Of a stretch of DNA of 64,000 nucleotides, positions 47,501 to 62,200 are shown piece after piece. The DNA lies in the NCBI GenBank assembly GCA_964016885.1, contig OZ024759.1, positions 1,922,001 through 1,986,000 on the forward strand. The letters run 5' to 3'. Below the pieces are notes generated by a model. The model was not told the origin of the DNA, ran no database searches, and saw only the letters and a list, made by a program, of their open reading frames with translations. Numbering within the stretch: position 1 is the stretch's first letter; each line of letters begins with the position of its first letter. Both the position numbers and the translations under genes were made by a program. This DNA is from Eledone cirrhosa. Lineage: Eukaryota.

Positions 47501-49559
47501 TCTATATTAGTAACATGACACAGTCTATATTAGTAACATGACACAGTCTATATTAGTAACATGACACAGTCTAGATTAGTAACATGACAAAGTCTATATT
47601 AGTAACATGACAAAGTCTATATTAGTAACATGACAAAGTCTATATTAGTAACATGACACAGTCTATACTAGCAACATGACACAGTCTATATTAGTAACAT
47701 GACAAAGTCTATATTAGTAACATGACAAAGTCTATATTAGTAACATGACAAAGTCTATATTAGTAACATGACAAAGTCTATATTAGTAGCATGACACAGT
47801 CTATATTAGCAACATGACAAAGTCTATATTAGTAACATGACACAGTCTATATTAGTAGCATGACAAAGTCTGTATTAGTAACATGACAAAGTCTATATTA
47901 GTAACATGACAAAGTCTATATTAGTAACATGACAAAGTCTATATTAGTAACATGACACAGTCTATATTAGTAACGTGACAAAGTCTATATTAGTTGCATG
48001 ACAAAGTCTATATTAGTAACATGACACAGTCTATATTAGTAACATGACAAAGTCTATATTAGTAACATGACAAAGTCTATATTAGTAACATGACACAGTA
48101 TATATTAGTAACATGACAGTCTATATTAGTAACATGACAGTCTACATTAGTAACATGACACAGTCTATATTAGTAACATGACAAAGTCGATATTACTAAC
48201 ATGACAATGTCTATATTAGTAACATGACAAAGTCTATATTAGTAACATGACACAGTCTATATTACTAACATGACACAGTCTATATTAGTAACATGACACA
48301 GTCTATATTAGTAACATGACAAAGTCTATATTAGTAAAATGACAAAGTCTATATTAGTAACATGACAAAGTCTTTATTAGTAACATGACACAGTCTATAT
48401 TAGTAACATGACACAGTCTATATTAGTAACATGACAAAGTCTATATTAGTAACATGACAAAGTCTATATTAGTAACATGACACTGTCTATATTAGTAACA
48501 TCACACAGTCTATATTAGTAACATGACAAAGTCTATATTAGTAACATGACAAAGTCTATATTAGTAACATGACACAGTCTATATTAGTAACATGACACAG
48601 TCTATATTAGTAACATGAGACAGTCTATATTAGTAGCATGACAAAGTCTATATTAGTAACATGACACAGTCTACATTAGTAACATGACAAAGTCTATATT
48701 AGTAACATGACACAGTCTATATTAGTAACATGAGACAGTCTATATTAGTAACATGACTAAGTCTATATTAGTAACATGACACAGTCTATATTAGTAACAT
48801 CACACAGTCTATATTAGTAACATGACAAAGTCTATATTAGTTACATGACAAAGTCTATATTAGTAACATGACAAAGTCTATATTAGTAACATGACACAGT
48901 CTATATTAGTAACATGACGAAGTCTATATTAGTAACATGACACAGTCTATATTAGTAACATGACACAGTATATATTAGTAACATGAAAAAGTCTATATTA
49001 GTAACATGACAAAGTCTATATTAGTAACATGACAAAGTCTATATTAGTAACATGACAAAGTCTATATTAGTAGCATGACACAGACTATATTAGCAACATG
49101 ACAAAGTCTATATTAGTAACATGACACAGTCTATATTAGTAACATGACACAGTCTATATTAGTAACATGACACAGTCTATATTAGTAACATGACAAAGTC
49201 TACATTAGTAACATGACAAAGTCTATATTAGTAACATGACAAGGTCTGTATTAGTAACATGACACAGTCTATATTAGTAGCATGACACAGTCTATATTAG
49301 TAACATGATACAGTCTATATTAGTAACATGACAAAGTCTATATTAGTAACATGACAAAGTCTATATTAGTAAAATGACAAAGTCTATATTAGTAACATGA
49401 CAAAGTCTTTATTAGTAACATGACACAGTCTATATTAGTAACATGACACAGTCTATATTAGTAACATGACAAAGTCTATATTAGTAACATGACACAGTCT
49501 ATATTAGTAACATGACACAGTCTATATTAGTAACATGACACAGTCTAGATTAGTAACAT

Positions 49560-51440
49560 GACAAAGTCTATATTAGTAACATGACACAGTCTACATTAGT
49601 AACATGACAAAGTCTATATTAGTAACATGGCACAGTCTATATTAGTAACATGAGACAGTCTATATTAGTAACATGTCAAAGTCTATATTAGTAACATGAC
49701 ACAGTCTATATTAGTAACATGACAAAGTCTATATTAGTAACATGACAAAGTCTATATTAGTAACATGACACAGTCTATATTAATAACATGACACAGTCTA
49801 TATTAGTAACATGACACAGTCTATATTATTAACATGACAAAGTCTATATTAGTAACATGACACAGTCTATATTAGTAACATGAGACAGTCTATATTAGTA
49901 ACATGACTAAGTCTATATTAGTAACATGACACAGTCTATATTAGTAACATGACACAGTCTATATTAGTAACATGACAAAGTCTATATTAGTTACATGACA
50001 AAGTCTATATTAGTAACATGACAAAGTCTATATTAGTAACATGACACAGTCTATATTAGTAACATGACGAAGTCTATATTAGTAACATGACACAGTCTAT
50101 ATTAGTAACATGACACAGTCTATATTAGTAACATGAAACAGTCTATATTAGTAACATGACAAAGTCTATATTAGTAACATGACAAAGTCTATATTAGTAA
50201 CATGACAAAGTCTATATTAGTAGCATGACACAGTCTATATTAGCAACATGACAAAGTCTATATTAGTAACATGACAAAGTCTATATTAGTAACATGACAC
50301 AGTCTATATTAGTAACATGACAAAGTCTACATTAGTAACATGACAAAGTCTATATTAGTAACATGACAAGGTCTGTATTAGTAACATGACACAGTCTATA
50401 TTAGTAGCATGACACAGTCTATATTAGTAACATGATACAGTCTATATTAGTAACATGACAAAGTCTATATTAGTAACATGACAAAGTCTATATTAGTAAA
50501 ATGACAAAGTCTATATTAGTAACATGACAAAGTCTTTATTAGTAACATGACACAGTCTATATTAGTAACATGACACAGTCTATATTAGTAACATGACAAA
50601 GTCTATATTAGTAACATGACACAGTCTATATTAGTAACATGACACAGTCTATATTAGTAACATGACACAGTCTAGATTAGTAACATGACACAGTCTATAT
50701 TAGTAACATGAGACAGTCTATATTAGTAGCATGACAAAGTCTATATTAGTAACATGACACAGTCTACATTAGTAACATGACAAAGTCTATATTAGTAACA
50801 TGGCACAGTCTATATTAGTAACATGAGACAGTCTATATTAGTAACATGTCAAAGTCTATATTAGTAACATGACACAGTCTATATTAGTAACATGACAAAG
50901 TCTATATTAGTAACATGACAAAGTCTATATTAGTAACATGACACAGTCTATATTAATAACATGACACAGTCTATATTAGTAACATGACACAGTCTATATT
51001 ATTAACATGACAAAGTCTATATTAGTAACATGACACAGTCTATATTAGTAACATGAGACAGTCTATATTAGTAACATGACTAAGTCTATATTAGTAACAT
51101 GACACAGTCTATATTAGTAACATGACACAGTCTATATTAGTAACATGACAAAGTCTATATTAGTTACATGACAAAGTCTATATTAGTAACATGACAAAGT
51201 CTATATTAGTAACATGACACAGTCTATATTAGTAACATGACGAAGTCTATATTAGTAACATGACACAGTCTATATTAGTAACATGACACAGTCTATATTA
51301 GTAACATGAAACAGTCTATATTAGTAACATGACAAAGTCTATATTAGTAACATGACAAAGTCTATATTAGTAACATGACAAAGTCTATATTAGTAGCATG
51401 ACACAGTCTATATTAGCAACATGACAAAGTCTATATTAGT
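49560..51440. repeat. 51-monomer (1173 bp) higher-order unit marked by CATGGCACAG/CATGTCAAAG, recurring at ~60.9, 62.1 and 63.1 kb
   Basis: ACATGTC at 49671/50844 and 60967/62140 (both offset 1173 = 51x23), plus 63125. Confidence 0.85.
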
Positions 51441-54400
51441 AACATGACACAGTCTATATTAGTAACATGACACAGTCTATATTAGTAACATGACACAGTC
51501 TATATTAGTAACATGACAAAGTCTATATTAGTAACATGACACAGTCTATATTAGTAACATGACAGTCTATATTAGTAACATGACAGTCTACATTAGTAAC
51601 ATGACACAGTCTATATTAGTAACATGACAAAGTCGATATTAGTAACATGACAATGTCTATATTAGTAACATGACAAAGTCTATATTAGTAACATGACACA
51701 GTCTATATTACTAACATGACACAGTCTATATTAGTAACATGACAAAGTCTATATTAGTAATATGACAAAGTCTATATTAGTAAAATGACAAAGTCTATAT
51801 TAGTAGCATGACAAAGTCTTTATTAGTAACATGACACAGTCTATATTAGTAACATGACACAGTCTATATTAGTAACATGAGACAGTCTATATTAGTAGCA
51901 TGACAAAGTCTATATTAGTAACATGACACGGTCTACATTAGTAACATGACAAAGTCTATATTAGTAACATGACACAGTCTATATTAGTAACATGAGACAG
52001 TCTATATTAGTAACATGACTAAGTCTATATTAGTAACATGACACAGTCTATATTAGTAACATGACACAGTCTATATTAGTAACATGACAAAGTCTATATT
52101 AGTTACATGACAAAGTCTATATTAGTAACATGACAAAGTCTATATTAGTAACATGACACAGTCTATATTAGTAACATGACGAAGTCTATATTAGTAACAT
52201 GACACAGTCTATATTAGTAACATGACACAGTATATATTAGTAACATGAAAAAGTCTATATTAGTAACATGACAAAGTCTATATTAGTAACATGACAAAGT
52301 CTATATTAGTAACATGACAAAGTCTATATTAGTAGCATGACACAGACTATATTAGCAACATGACAAAGTCTATATTAGTAACATGACACAGTCTATATTA
52401 GTAACATGACACAGTCTATATTAGTAACATGACACAGTCTATATTAGTAACATGACAAAGTCTACATTAGTAACATGACAAAGTCTATATTAGTAACATG
52501 ACAAGGTCTGTATTAGTAACATGACACAGTCTATATTAGTAGCATGACACAGTCTATATTAGTAACATGATACAGTCTATATTAGTAACATGACAAAGTC
52601 TATATTAGTAACATGACAAAGTCTATATTAGTAAAATGACAAAGTCTATATTAGTAACATGACAAAGTCTTTATTAGTAACATGACACAGTCTATATTAG
52701 TAACATGACACAGTCTATATTAGTAACATGACAAAGTCTATATTAGTAACATGACACAGTCTATATTAGTAACATGACACAGTCTATATTAGTAACATGA
52801 CACAGTCTAGATTAGTAACATGACACAGTCTATATTAGTAACATGAGACAGTCTATATTAGTAGCATGACAAAGTCTATATTAGTAACATGACACAGTCT
52901 ACATTAGTAACATGACAAAGTCTATATTAGTAACATGACACAGTCTATATTAGTAACATGAGACAGTCTATATTAGTAACATGACAAAGTCTATATTAGT
53001 AACATGACACAGTCTATATTAGTAACATGACAAAGTCTATATTAGTAACATGACAAAGTCTATATTAGTAACATGACACAGTCTATATTAATAACATGAC
53101 ACAGTCTATATTAGTAACATGACACAGTCTATATTATTAACATGACAAAGTCTATATTAGTAACATGACACAGTCTATATTAGTAACATGAGACAGTCTA
53201 TATTAGTAACATGACTAAGTCTATATTAGTAACATGACACAGTCTATATTAGTAACATGACACAGTCTATATTAGTAACATGACAAAGTCTATATTAGTT
53301 ACTTGACAAAGTCTATATTAGTAACATGACAAAGTCTATATTAGTAACATGACACAGTCTATATTAGTAACATGACGAAGTCTATATTAGTAACATGACA
53401 CAGTCTATATTAGTAACATGACACAGTCTATATTAGTAACATGAAACAGTCTATATTAGTAACATGACACAGTCTATATTAGTAACATGACAAAGTCTAT
53501 ATTAGTAACATGACACAGTCTATATTAGTAACATGACACAGTCTATATTAGTAACATGACAAAGTCTATATTAGTAACATGACAAAGTCTATATTAGTAA
53601 CATGACAAAGTCTATATTAGTAACATGACACAGTCTATACTAGTAACATGACACAGTCTATATTAGTAACATGACAAAGTCTATATTAGTAACATGACAA
53701 AGTCTATATTAGTAACATGACAAAGTCTATATTAGTAACATGACAAAGTCTATATTAGTAGCATGACACAGTCTATATTAGCAACATGACAAAGTCTATA
53801 TTAGTAACATGACACAGTCTATATTAGTAGCATGACAAAGTCTGTATTAGTAACATGACAAAGTCTATATTAGTAACATGACAAAGTCTACATTAGTAAC
53901 ATGACAAAGTCTATATTAGTAACATCACACAGTCTATATTAGTAACATGACAAAGTCTATATTAGTAACATGACAAAGTCTATATTAGTAACATGACACA
54001 GTCTATATTAGTAACATGAGACAGTCTATATTAGTAGCATGACAAAGTCTATATTAGTAACATGACACAGTCTACATTAGTAACATGACAAGGTCTTTAT
54101 TAGTAACATGACACAGTCTATATTAGTAACATGAAAGAGTCTACATTAGTAACATGACAAAGTCTATATTAGTAACATGACAAGGTCTATATTAGTAACA
54201 TGACACAGTCTATATTAGTAGCATGACACAGTCTATATTAGTAACATGATACAGTCTATATTAGTAACATGACAAAGTCTATATTAGTAACATGACACAG
54301 TCTATATTAGTAACATGACAGTCTATATTAGTAACATGACAGTCTACATTAGTAACATGACACAGTCTATATTAGTAACATGACAAAGTCGATATTAGTA

Positions 54401-55969
54401 ACATGACAATGTCTATATTAGTAACATGACAAAGTCTATATTAGTAACATGACACAGTCTATATTACTAACATGACACAGTCTATATTAGTAACATGACA
54501 AAGTCTATATTAGTAACATGACAAAGTCTATATTAGTAACATGACAAAGTCTATATTAGTAACATGACACAGTCTATATTAGTAACATGACACAGTCTAT
54601 ATTAGTAGCATGACACAGTCTATATTAGTAACATGATACAGTCTATATTAGTAACATGACAAAGTCTATATTAGTAATATGACAAAGTCTATATTAGTAA
54701 AATGGCAAAGTCTATATTAGTAACATGACAAAGTCTTTATTAGTAACATGACACAGTCTATATTAGTAACATGACACAGTCTATATTAGTAACATGACAA
54801 AGTCTATATTAGTAACATGACAAAGTCTATATTACTAACATGACACAGTCTATATTAGTAACATGACACAGTCTATATTAGTAACATGACAAAGTCTATA
54901 TTAGTAACATGACAAAGTCTATATTAGTAACATGACACAGTCTATATTAGTAACATGACACAGTCTATATTAGTAACATGAGACAGTCTATATTAGTAGC
55001 ATGACAAAGTCTATATTAGTAACATGACACAGTCTACATTAGTAACATGACAAAGTCTATATTAGTAACATGACACAGTCTATATTAGTAACATGAGACA
55101 GTCTATATTAGTAACATGACAAAGTCTATATTAGTAACATGACACAGTCTATATTAGTAACATGACACAGTCTATATTAGTAACATGACAAAGTCTATAT
55201 TAGTAACATGACAAAGTCTATATTAGTAACATGACAAAGTCTATATTAGTAACATGACACAGTCTATACAAGTAACATGACACAGTCTATATTAGTAACA
55301 TGACAAAGTCTATATTAATAACATGACACAGTCTATATTAGTAACATGACACAGTCTATATTATTAACATGACAAAGTCTATATTTGTAACATGACACAG
55401 TCTATATTAGCAACATGACAAAGTCTATATTAGTAACATGACACAGTCTATATTAGTAGCATGACAAAGTCTGTATTAGTAACATGACAAAGTCTATATT
55501 AGTAACATGACAAAGTCTATATTAGTAACATGACAAAGTCTATATTAGTAACATGACACAGTCTATATTAGTAACGTGACAAAGTCTATATTAGTAGCAT
55601 GACAAAGTCTATATTAGTAACATGACAAAGTCTATATTAGTAACATGACAAAGTCTATATTAGTAACATGACAAAGTCTATATTAGTAACATGACAAAGT
55701 CGATATTAGTAACATGACAAAGTCTATATTAGTAACATGACACAGTATATATTAGTAACATGACAGTCTATATTAGTAACATGACAGTCTACATTAGTAA
55801 CATGACACAGTCTATATTAGTAACATGACAAAGTCGATATTACTAACATGACAATGTCTATATTAGTAACATGACAAAGTCTATATTAGTAACATGACAC
55901 AGTCTATATTACTAACATGACACAGTCTATATTAGTAACATGACACAGTCTATATTAGTAACATGACAA

Positions 55970-58900
55970 AGTCTATATTAGTAAAATGACAAAGTCTATA
56001 TTAGTAACATGACAAAGTCTTTATTAGTAACATGACACAGTCTATATTAGTAACATGACACAGTCTATATTAGTAACATGACAAAGTCTATATTAGTAAC
56101 ATGACAAAGTCTATATTAGTAACATGACACAGTCTATATTAGTAACATCACACAGTCTATATTAGTAACATGACAAAGTCTATATTAGTAACATGACAAA
56201 GTCTATATTAGTAACATGACACAGTCTATATTAGTAACATGACACAGTCTATATTAGTAACATGAGACAGTCTATATTAGTAGCATGACAAAGTCTATAT
56301 TAGTAACATGACAGTCTACATTAGTAACATGACAAAGTCTATATTAGTAACATGACACAGTCTATATTAGTAACATGAGACAGTCTATATTAGTAACATG
56401 ACTAAGTCTATATTAGTAACATGACACAGTCTATATTAGTAACATGACACAGTCTATATTAGTAACATGACAAAGTCTATATTAGTTACATGACAAAGTC
56501 TATATTAGTAACATGACAAAGTCTATATTAGTAACATGACACAGTCTATATTAGTAACATGACGAAGTCTATATTAGTAACATGACACAGTCTATATTAG
56601 TAACATGACACAGTATATATTAGTAACATGAAAAAGTCTATATTAGTAACATGACAAAGTCTATATTAGTAACATGACAAAGTCTATATTAGTAACATGA
56701 CAAAGTCTATATTAGTAGCATGACACAGACTATATTAGCAACATGACAAAGTCTATATTAGTAACATGACACAGTCTATATTAGTAACATGACACAGTCT
56801 ATATTAGTAACATGACACACTCTATATTAGTAACATGACAAAGTCTACATTAGTAACATGACAAAGTCTATATTAGTAACATGACAAGGTCTGTATTAGT
56901 AACATGACACAGTCTATATTAGTAGCATGACACAGTCTATATTAGTAACATGATACAGTCTATATTAGTAACATGACAAAGTCTATATTAGTAACATGAC
57001 AAAGTCTATATTAGTAAAATGACAAAGTCTATATTAGTAACATGACAAAGTCTTTATTAGTAACATGACACAGTCTATATTAGTAACATGACACAGTCTA
57101 TATTAGTAACATGACAAAGTCTATATTAGTAACATGACACAGTCTATATTAGTAACATGACACAGTCTATATTAGTAACATGACACAGTCTAGATTAGTA
57201 ACATGACAAAGTCTATATTAGTAACATGACAAAGTCTATATTAGTAACATGACAAAGTCTATATTAGTAACATGACACAGTCTATACTAGCAACATGACA
57301 CAGTCTATATTAGTAACATGACAAAGTCTATATTAGTAACATGACAAAGTCTATATTAGTAACATGACAAAGTCTATATTAGTAACATGACAAAGTCTAT
57401 ATTAGTAGCATGACACAGTCTATATTAGCAACATGACAAAGTCTATATTAGTAACATGACACAGTCTATATTAGTAGCATGACAAAGTCTGTATTAGTAA
57501 CATGACAAAGTCTATATTAGTAACATGACAAAGTCTATATTAGTAACATGACAAAGTCTATATTAGTAACATGACACAGTCTATATTAGTAACGTGACAA
57601 AGTCTATATTAGTAGCATGACAAAGTCTATATTAGTAACATGACACAGTCTATATTAGTAAAATGACAAAGTCTATATTAGTAACATGACAAAGTCTTTA
57701 TTAGTAACATGACACAGTCTATATTAGTAACATGACACAGTCTATATTAGTAACATGACAAAGTCTATATTAGTAACATGACAAAGTCTATATTAGTAAC
57801 ATGACACAGTCTATATTAGTAACATCACACAGTCTATATTAGTAACATGACAAAGTCTATATTAGTAACATGACAAAGTCTATATTAGTAACATGACACA
57901 GTCTATATTAGTAACATGACACAGTCTATATTAGTAACATGAGACAGTCTATATTAGTAGCATGACAAAGTCTATATTAGTAACATGACAGTCTACATTA
58001 GTAACATGACAAAGTCTATATTAGTAACATGACACAGTCTATATTAGTAACATGAGACAGTCTATATTAGTAACATGACTAAGTCTATATTAGTAACATG
58101 ACACAGTCTATATTAGTAACATGACACAGTCTATATTAGTAACATGACAAAGTCTATATTAGTTACATGACAAAGTCTATATTAGTAACATGACAAAGTC
58201 TATATTAGTAACATGACACAGTCTATATTAGTAACATGACGAAGTCTATATTAGTAACATGACACAGTCTATATTAGTAACATGACACAGTATATATTAG
58301 TAACATGAAAAAGTCTATATTAGTAACATGACAAAGTCTATATTAGTAACATGACAAAGTCTATATTAGTAACATGACAAAGTCTATATTAGTAGCATGA
58401 CACAGACTATATTAGCAACATGACAAAGTCTATATTAGTAACATGACACAGTCTATATTAGTAACATGACACAGTCTATATTAGTAACATGACACACTCT
58501 ATATTAGTAACATGACAAAGTCTACATTAGTAACATGACAAAGTCTATATTAGTAACATGACAAGGTCTGTATTAGTAACATGACACAGTCTATATTAGT
58601 AGCATGACACAGTCTATATTAGTAACATGATACAGTCTATATTAGTAACATGACAAAGTCTATATTAGTAACATGACAAAGTCTATATTAGTAAAATGAC
58701 AAAGTCTATATTAGTAACATGACAAAGTCTTTATTAGTAACATGACACAGTCTATATTAGTAACATGACACAGTCTATATTAGTAACATGACAAAGTCTA
58801 TATTAGTAACATGACACAGTCTATATTAGTAACATGACACAGTCTATATTAGTAACATGACACAGTCTAGATTAGTAACATGACAAAGTCTATATTAGTA

Positions 58901-59270
58901 ACATGACACAGTCTATACTAGCAACATGACACAGTCTATATTAGTAACATGACAAAGTCTATATTAGTAACATGACAAAGTCTATATTAGTAACATGACA
59001 AAGTCTATATTAGTAACATGACAAAGTCTATATTAGTAGCATGACACAGTCTATATTAGCAACATGACAAAGTCTATATTAGTAACATGACACAGTCTAT
59101 ATTAGTAGCATGACAAAGTCTGTATTAGTAACATGACAAAGTCTATATTAGTAACATGACAAAGTCTATATTAGTAACATGACAAAGTCTATATTAGTAA
59201 CATGACACAGTCTATATTAGTAACGTGACAAAGTCTATATTAGTAGCATGACAAAGTCTATATTAGTAAC
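55970..59270. repeat. Local tandem duplication of ~73 monomers (1677 bp)
   Basis: GACACACTCT 56814/58491 and the lone 21-bp ACAGTCTACA 56311/57988, offset 1677 = 73x23 - 2. Later ACGTG 57592/59223 is offset 1631, i.e. two monomers fewer. Confidence 0.87.
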
Positions 59271-62200
59271 ATGACACAGTCTATATTAGTAACATGACAA
59301 AGTCTATATTAGTAACATGACAAAGTCTATATTAGTAACATGACACAGTATATATTAGTAACATGACAGTCTATATTAGTAACATGACAGTCTACATTAG
59401 TAACATGACACAGTCTATATTAGTAACATGACAAAGTCGATATTACTAACATGACAATGTCTATATTAGTAACATGACAAAGTCTATATTAGTAACATGA
59501 CACAGTCTATATTACTAACATGACACAGTCTATATTAGTAACATGACACAGTCTATATTAGTAACATGACAAAGTCTATATTAGTAAAATGACAAAGTCT
59601 ATATTAGTAACATGACAAAGTCTTTATTAGTAACATGACACAGTCTATATTAGTAACATGACACAGTCTATATTAGTAACATGACAAAGTCTATATTAGT
59701 AACATGACAAAGTCTATATTAGTAACATGACACTGTCTATATTAGTAACATCACACAGTCTATATTAGTAACATGACAAAGTCTATATTAGTAACATGAC
59801 AAAGTCTATATTAGTAACATGACACAGTCTATATTAGTAACATGACACAGTCTATATTAGTAACATGAGACAGTCTATATTAGTAGCATGACAAAGTCTA
59901 TATTAGTAACATGACACAGTCTACATTAGTAACATGACAAAGTCTATATTAGTAACATGACACAGTCTATATTAGTAACATGAGACAGTCTATATTAGTA
60001 ACATGACTAAGTCTATATTAGTAACATGACACAGTCTATATTAGTAACATCACACAGTCTATATTAGTAACATGACAAAGTCTATATTAGTTACATGACA
60101 AAGTCTATATTAGTAACATGACAAAGTCTATATTAGTAACATGACACAGTCTATATTAGTAACATGACGAAGTCTATATTAGTAACATGACACAGTCTAT
60201 ATTAGTAACATGACACAGTATATATTAGTAACATGAAAAAGTCTATATTAGTAACATGACAAAGTCTATATTAGTAACATGACAAAGTCTATATTAGTAA
60301 CATGACAAAGTCTATATTAGTAGCATGACACAGACTATATTAGCAACATGACAAAGTCTATATTAGTAACATGACACAGTCTATATTAGTAACATGACAC
60401 AGTCTATATTAGTAACATGACACAGTCTATATTAGTAACATGACAAAGTCTACATTAGTAACATGACAAAGTCTATATTAGTAACATGACAAGGTCTGTA
60501 TTAGTAACATGACACAGTCTATATTAGTAGCATGACACAGTCTATATTAGTAACATGATACAGTCTATATTAGTAACATGACAAAGTCTATATTAGTAAC
60601 ATGACAAAGTCTATATTAGTAAAATGACAAAGTCTATATTAGTAACATGACAAAGTCTTTATTAGTAACATGACACAGTCTATATTAGTAACATGACACA
60701 GTCTATATTAGTAACATGACAAAGTCTATATTAGTAACATGACACAGTCTATATTAGTAACATGACACAGTCTATATTAGTAACATGACACAGTCTAGAT
60801 TAGTAACATGACACAGTCTATATTAGTAACATGAGACAGTCTATATTAGTAGCATGACAAAGTCTATATTAGTAACATGACACAGTCTACATTAGTAACA
60901 TGACAAAGTCTATATTAGTAACATGGCACAGTCTATATTAGTAACATGAGACAGTCTATATTAGTAACATGTCAAAGTCTATATTAGTAACATGACACAG
61001 TCTATATTAGTAACATGACAAAGTCTATATTAGTAACATGACAAAGTCTATATTAGTAACATGACACAGTCTATATTAATAACATGACACAGTCTATATT
61101 AGTAACATGACACAGTCTATATTATTAACATGACAAAGTCTATATTAGTAACATGACACAGTCTATATTAGTAACATGAGACAGTCTATATTAGTAACAT
61201 GACTAAGTCTATATTAGTAACATGACACAGTCTATATTAGTAACATGACACAGTCTATATTAGTAACATGACAAAGTCTATATTAGTTACATGACAAAGT
61301 CTATATTAGTAACATGACAAAGTCTATATTAGTAACATGACACAGTCTATATTAGTAACATGACGAAGTCTATATTAGTAACATGACACAGTCTATATTA
61401 GTAACATGACACAGTCTATATTAGTAACATGAAACAGTCTATATTAGTAACATGACAAAGTCTATATTAGTAACATGACAAAGTCTATATTAGTAACATG
61501 ACAAAGTCTATATTAGTAGCATGACACAGTCTATATTAGCAACATGACAAAGTCTATATTAGTAACATGACAAAGTCTATATTAGTAACATGACACAGTC
61601 TATATTAGTAACATGACAAAGTCTACATTAGTAACATGACAAAGTCTATATTAGTAACATGACAAGGTCTGTATTAGTAACATGACACAGTCTATATTAG
61701 TAGCATGACACAGTCTATATTAGTAACATGATACAGTCTATATTAGTAACATGACAAAGTCTATATTAGTAACATGACAAAGTCTATATTAGTAAAATGA
61801 CAAAGTCTATATTAGTAACATGACAAAGTCTTTATTAGTAACATGACACAGTCTATATTAGTAACATGACACAGTCTTTATTAGTAACATGACAAAGTCT
61901 ATATTAGTAACATGACACAGTCTATATTAGTAACATGACACAGTCTATATTAGTAACATGACACAGTCTAGATTAGTAACATGACACAGTCTATATTAGT
62001 AACATGAGACAGTCTATATTAGTAGCATGACAAAGTCTATATTAGTAACATGACACAGTCTACATTAGTAACATGACAAAGTCTATATTAGTAACATGGC
62101 ACAGTCTATATTAGTAACATGAGACAGTCTATATTAGTAACATGTCAAAGTCTATATTAGTAACATGACACAGTCTATATTAGTAACATGACAAAGTCTA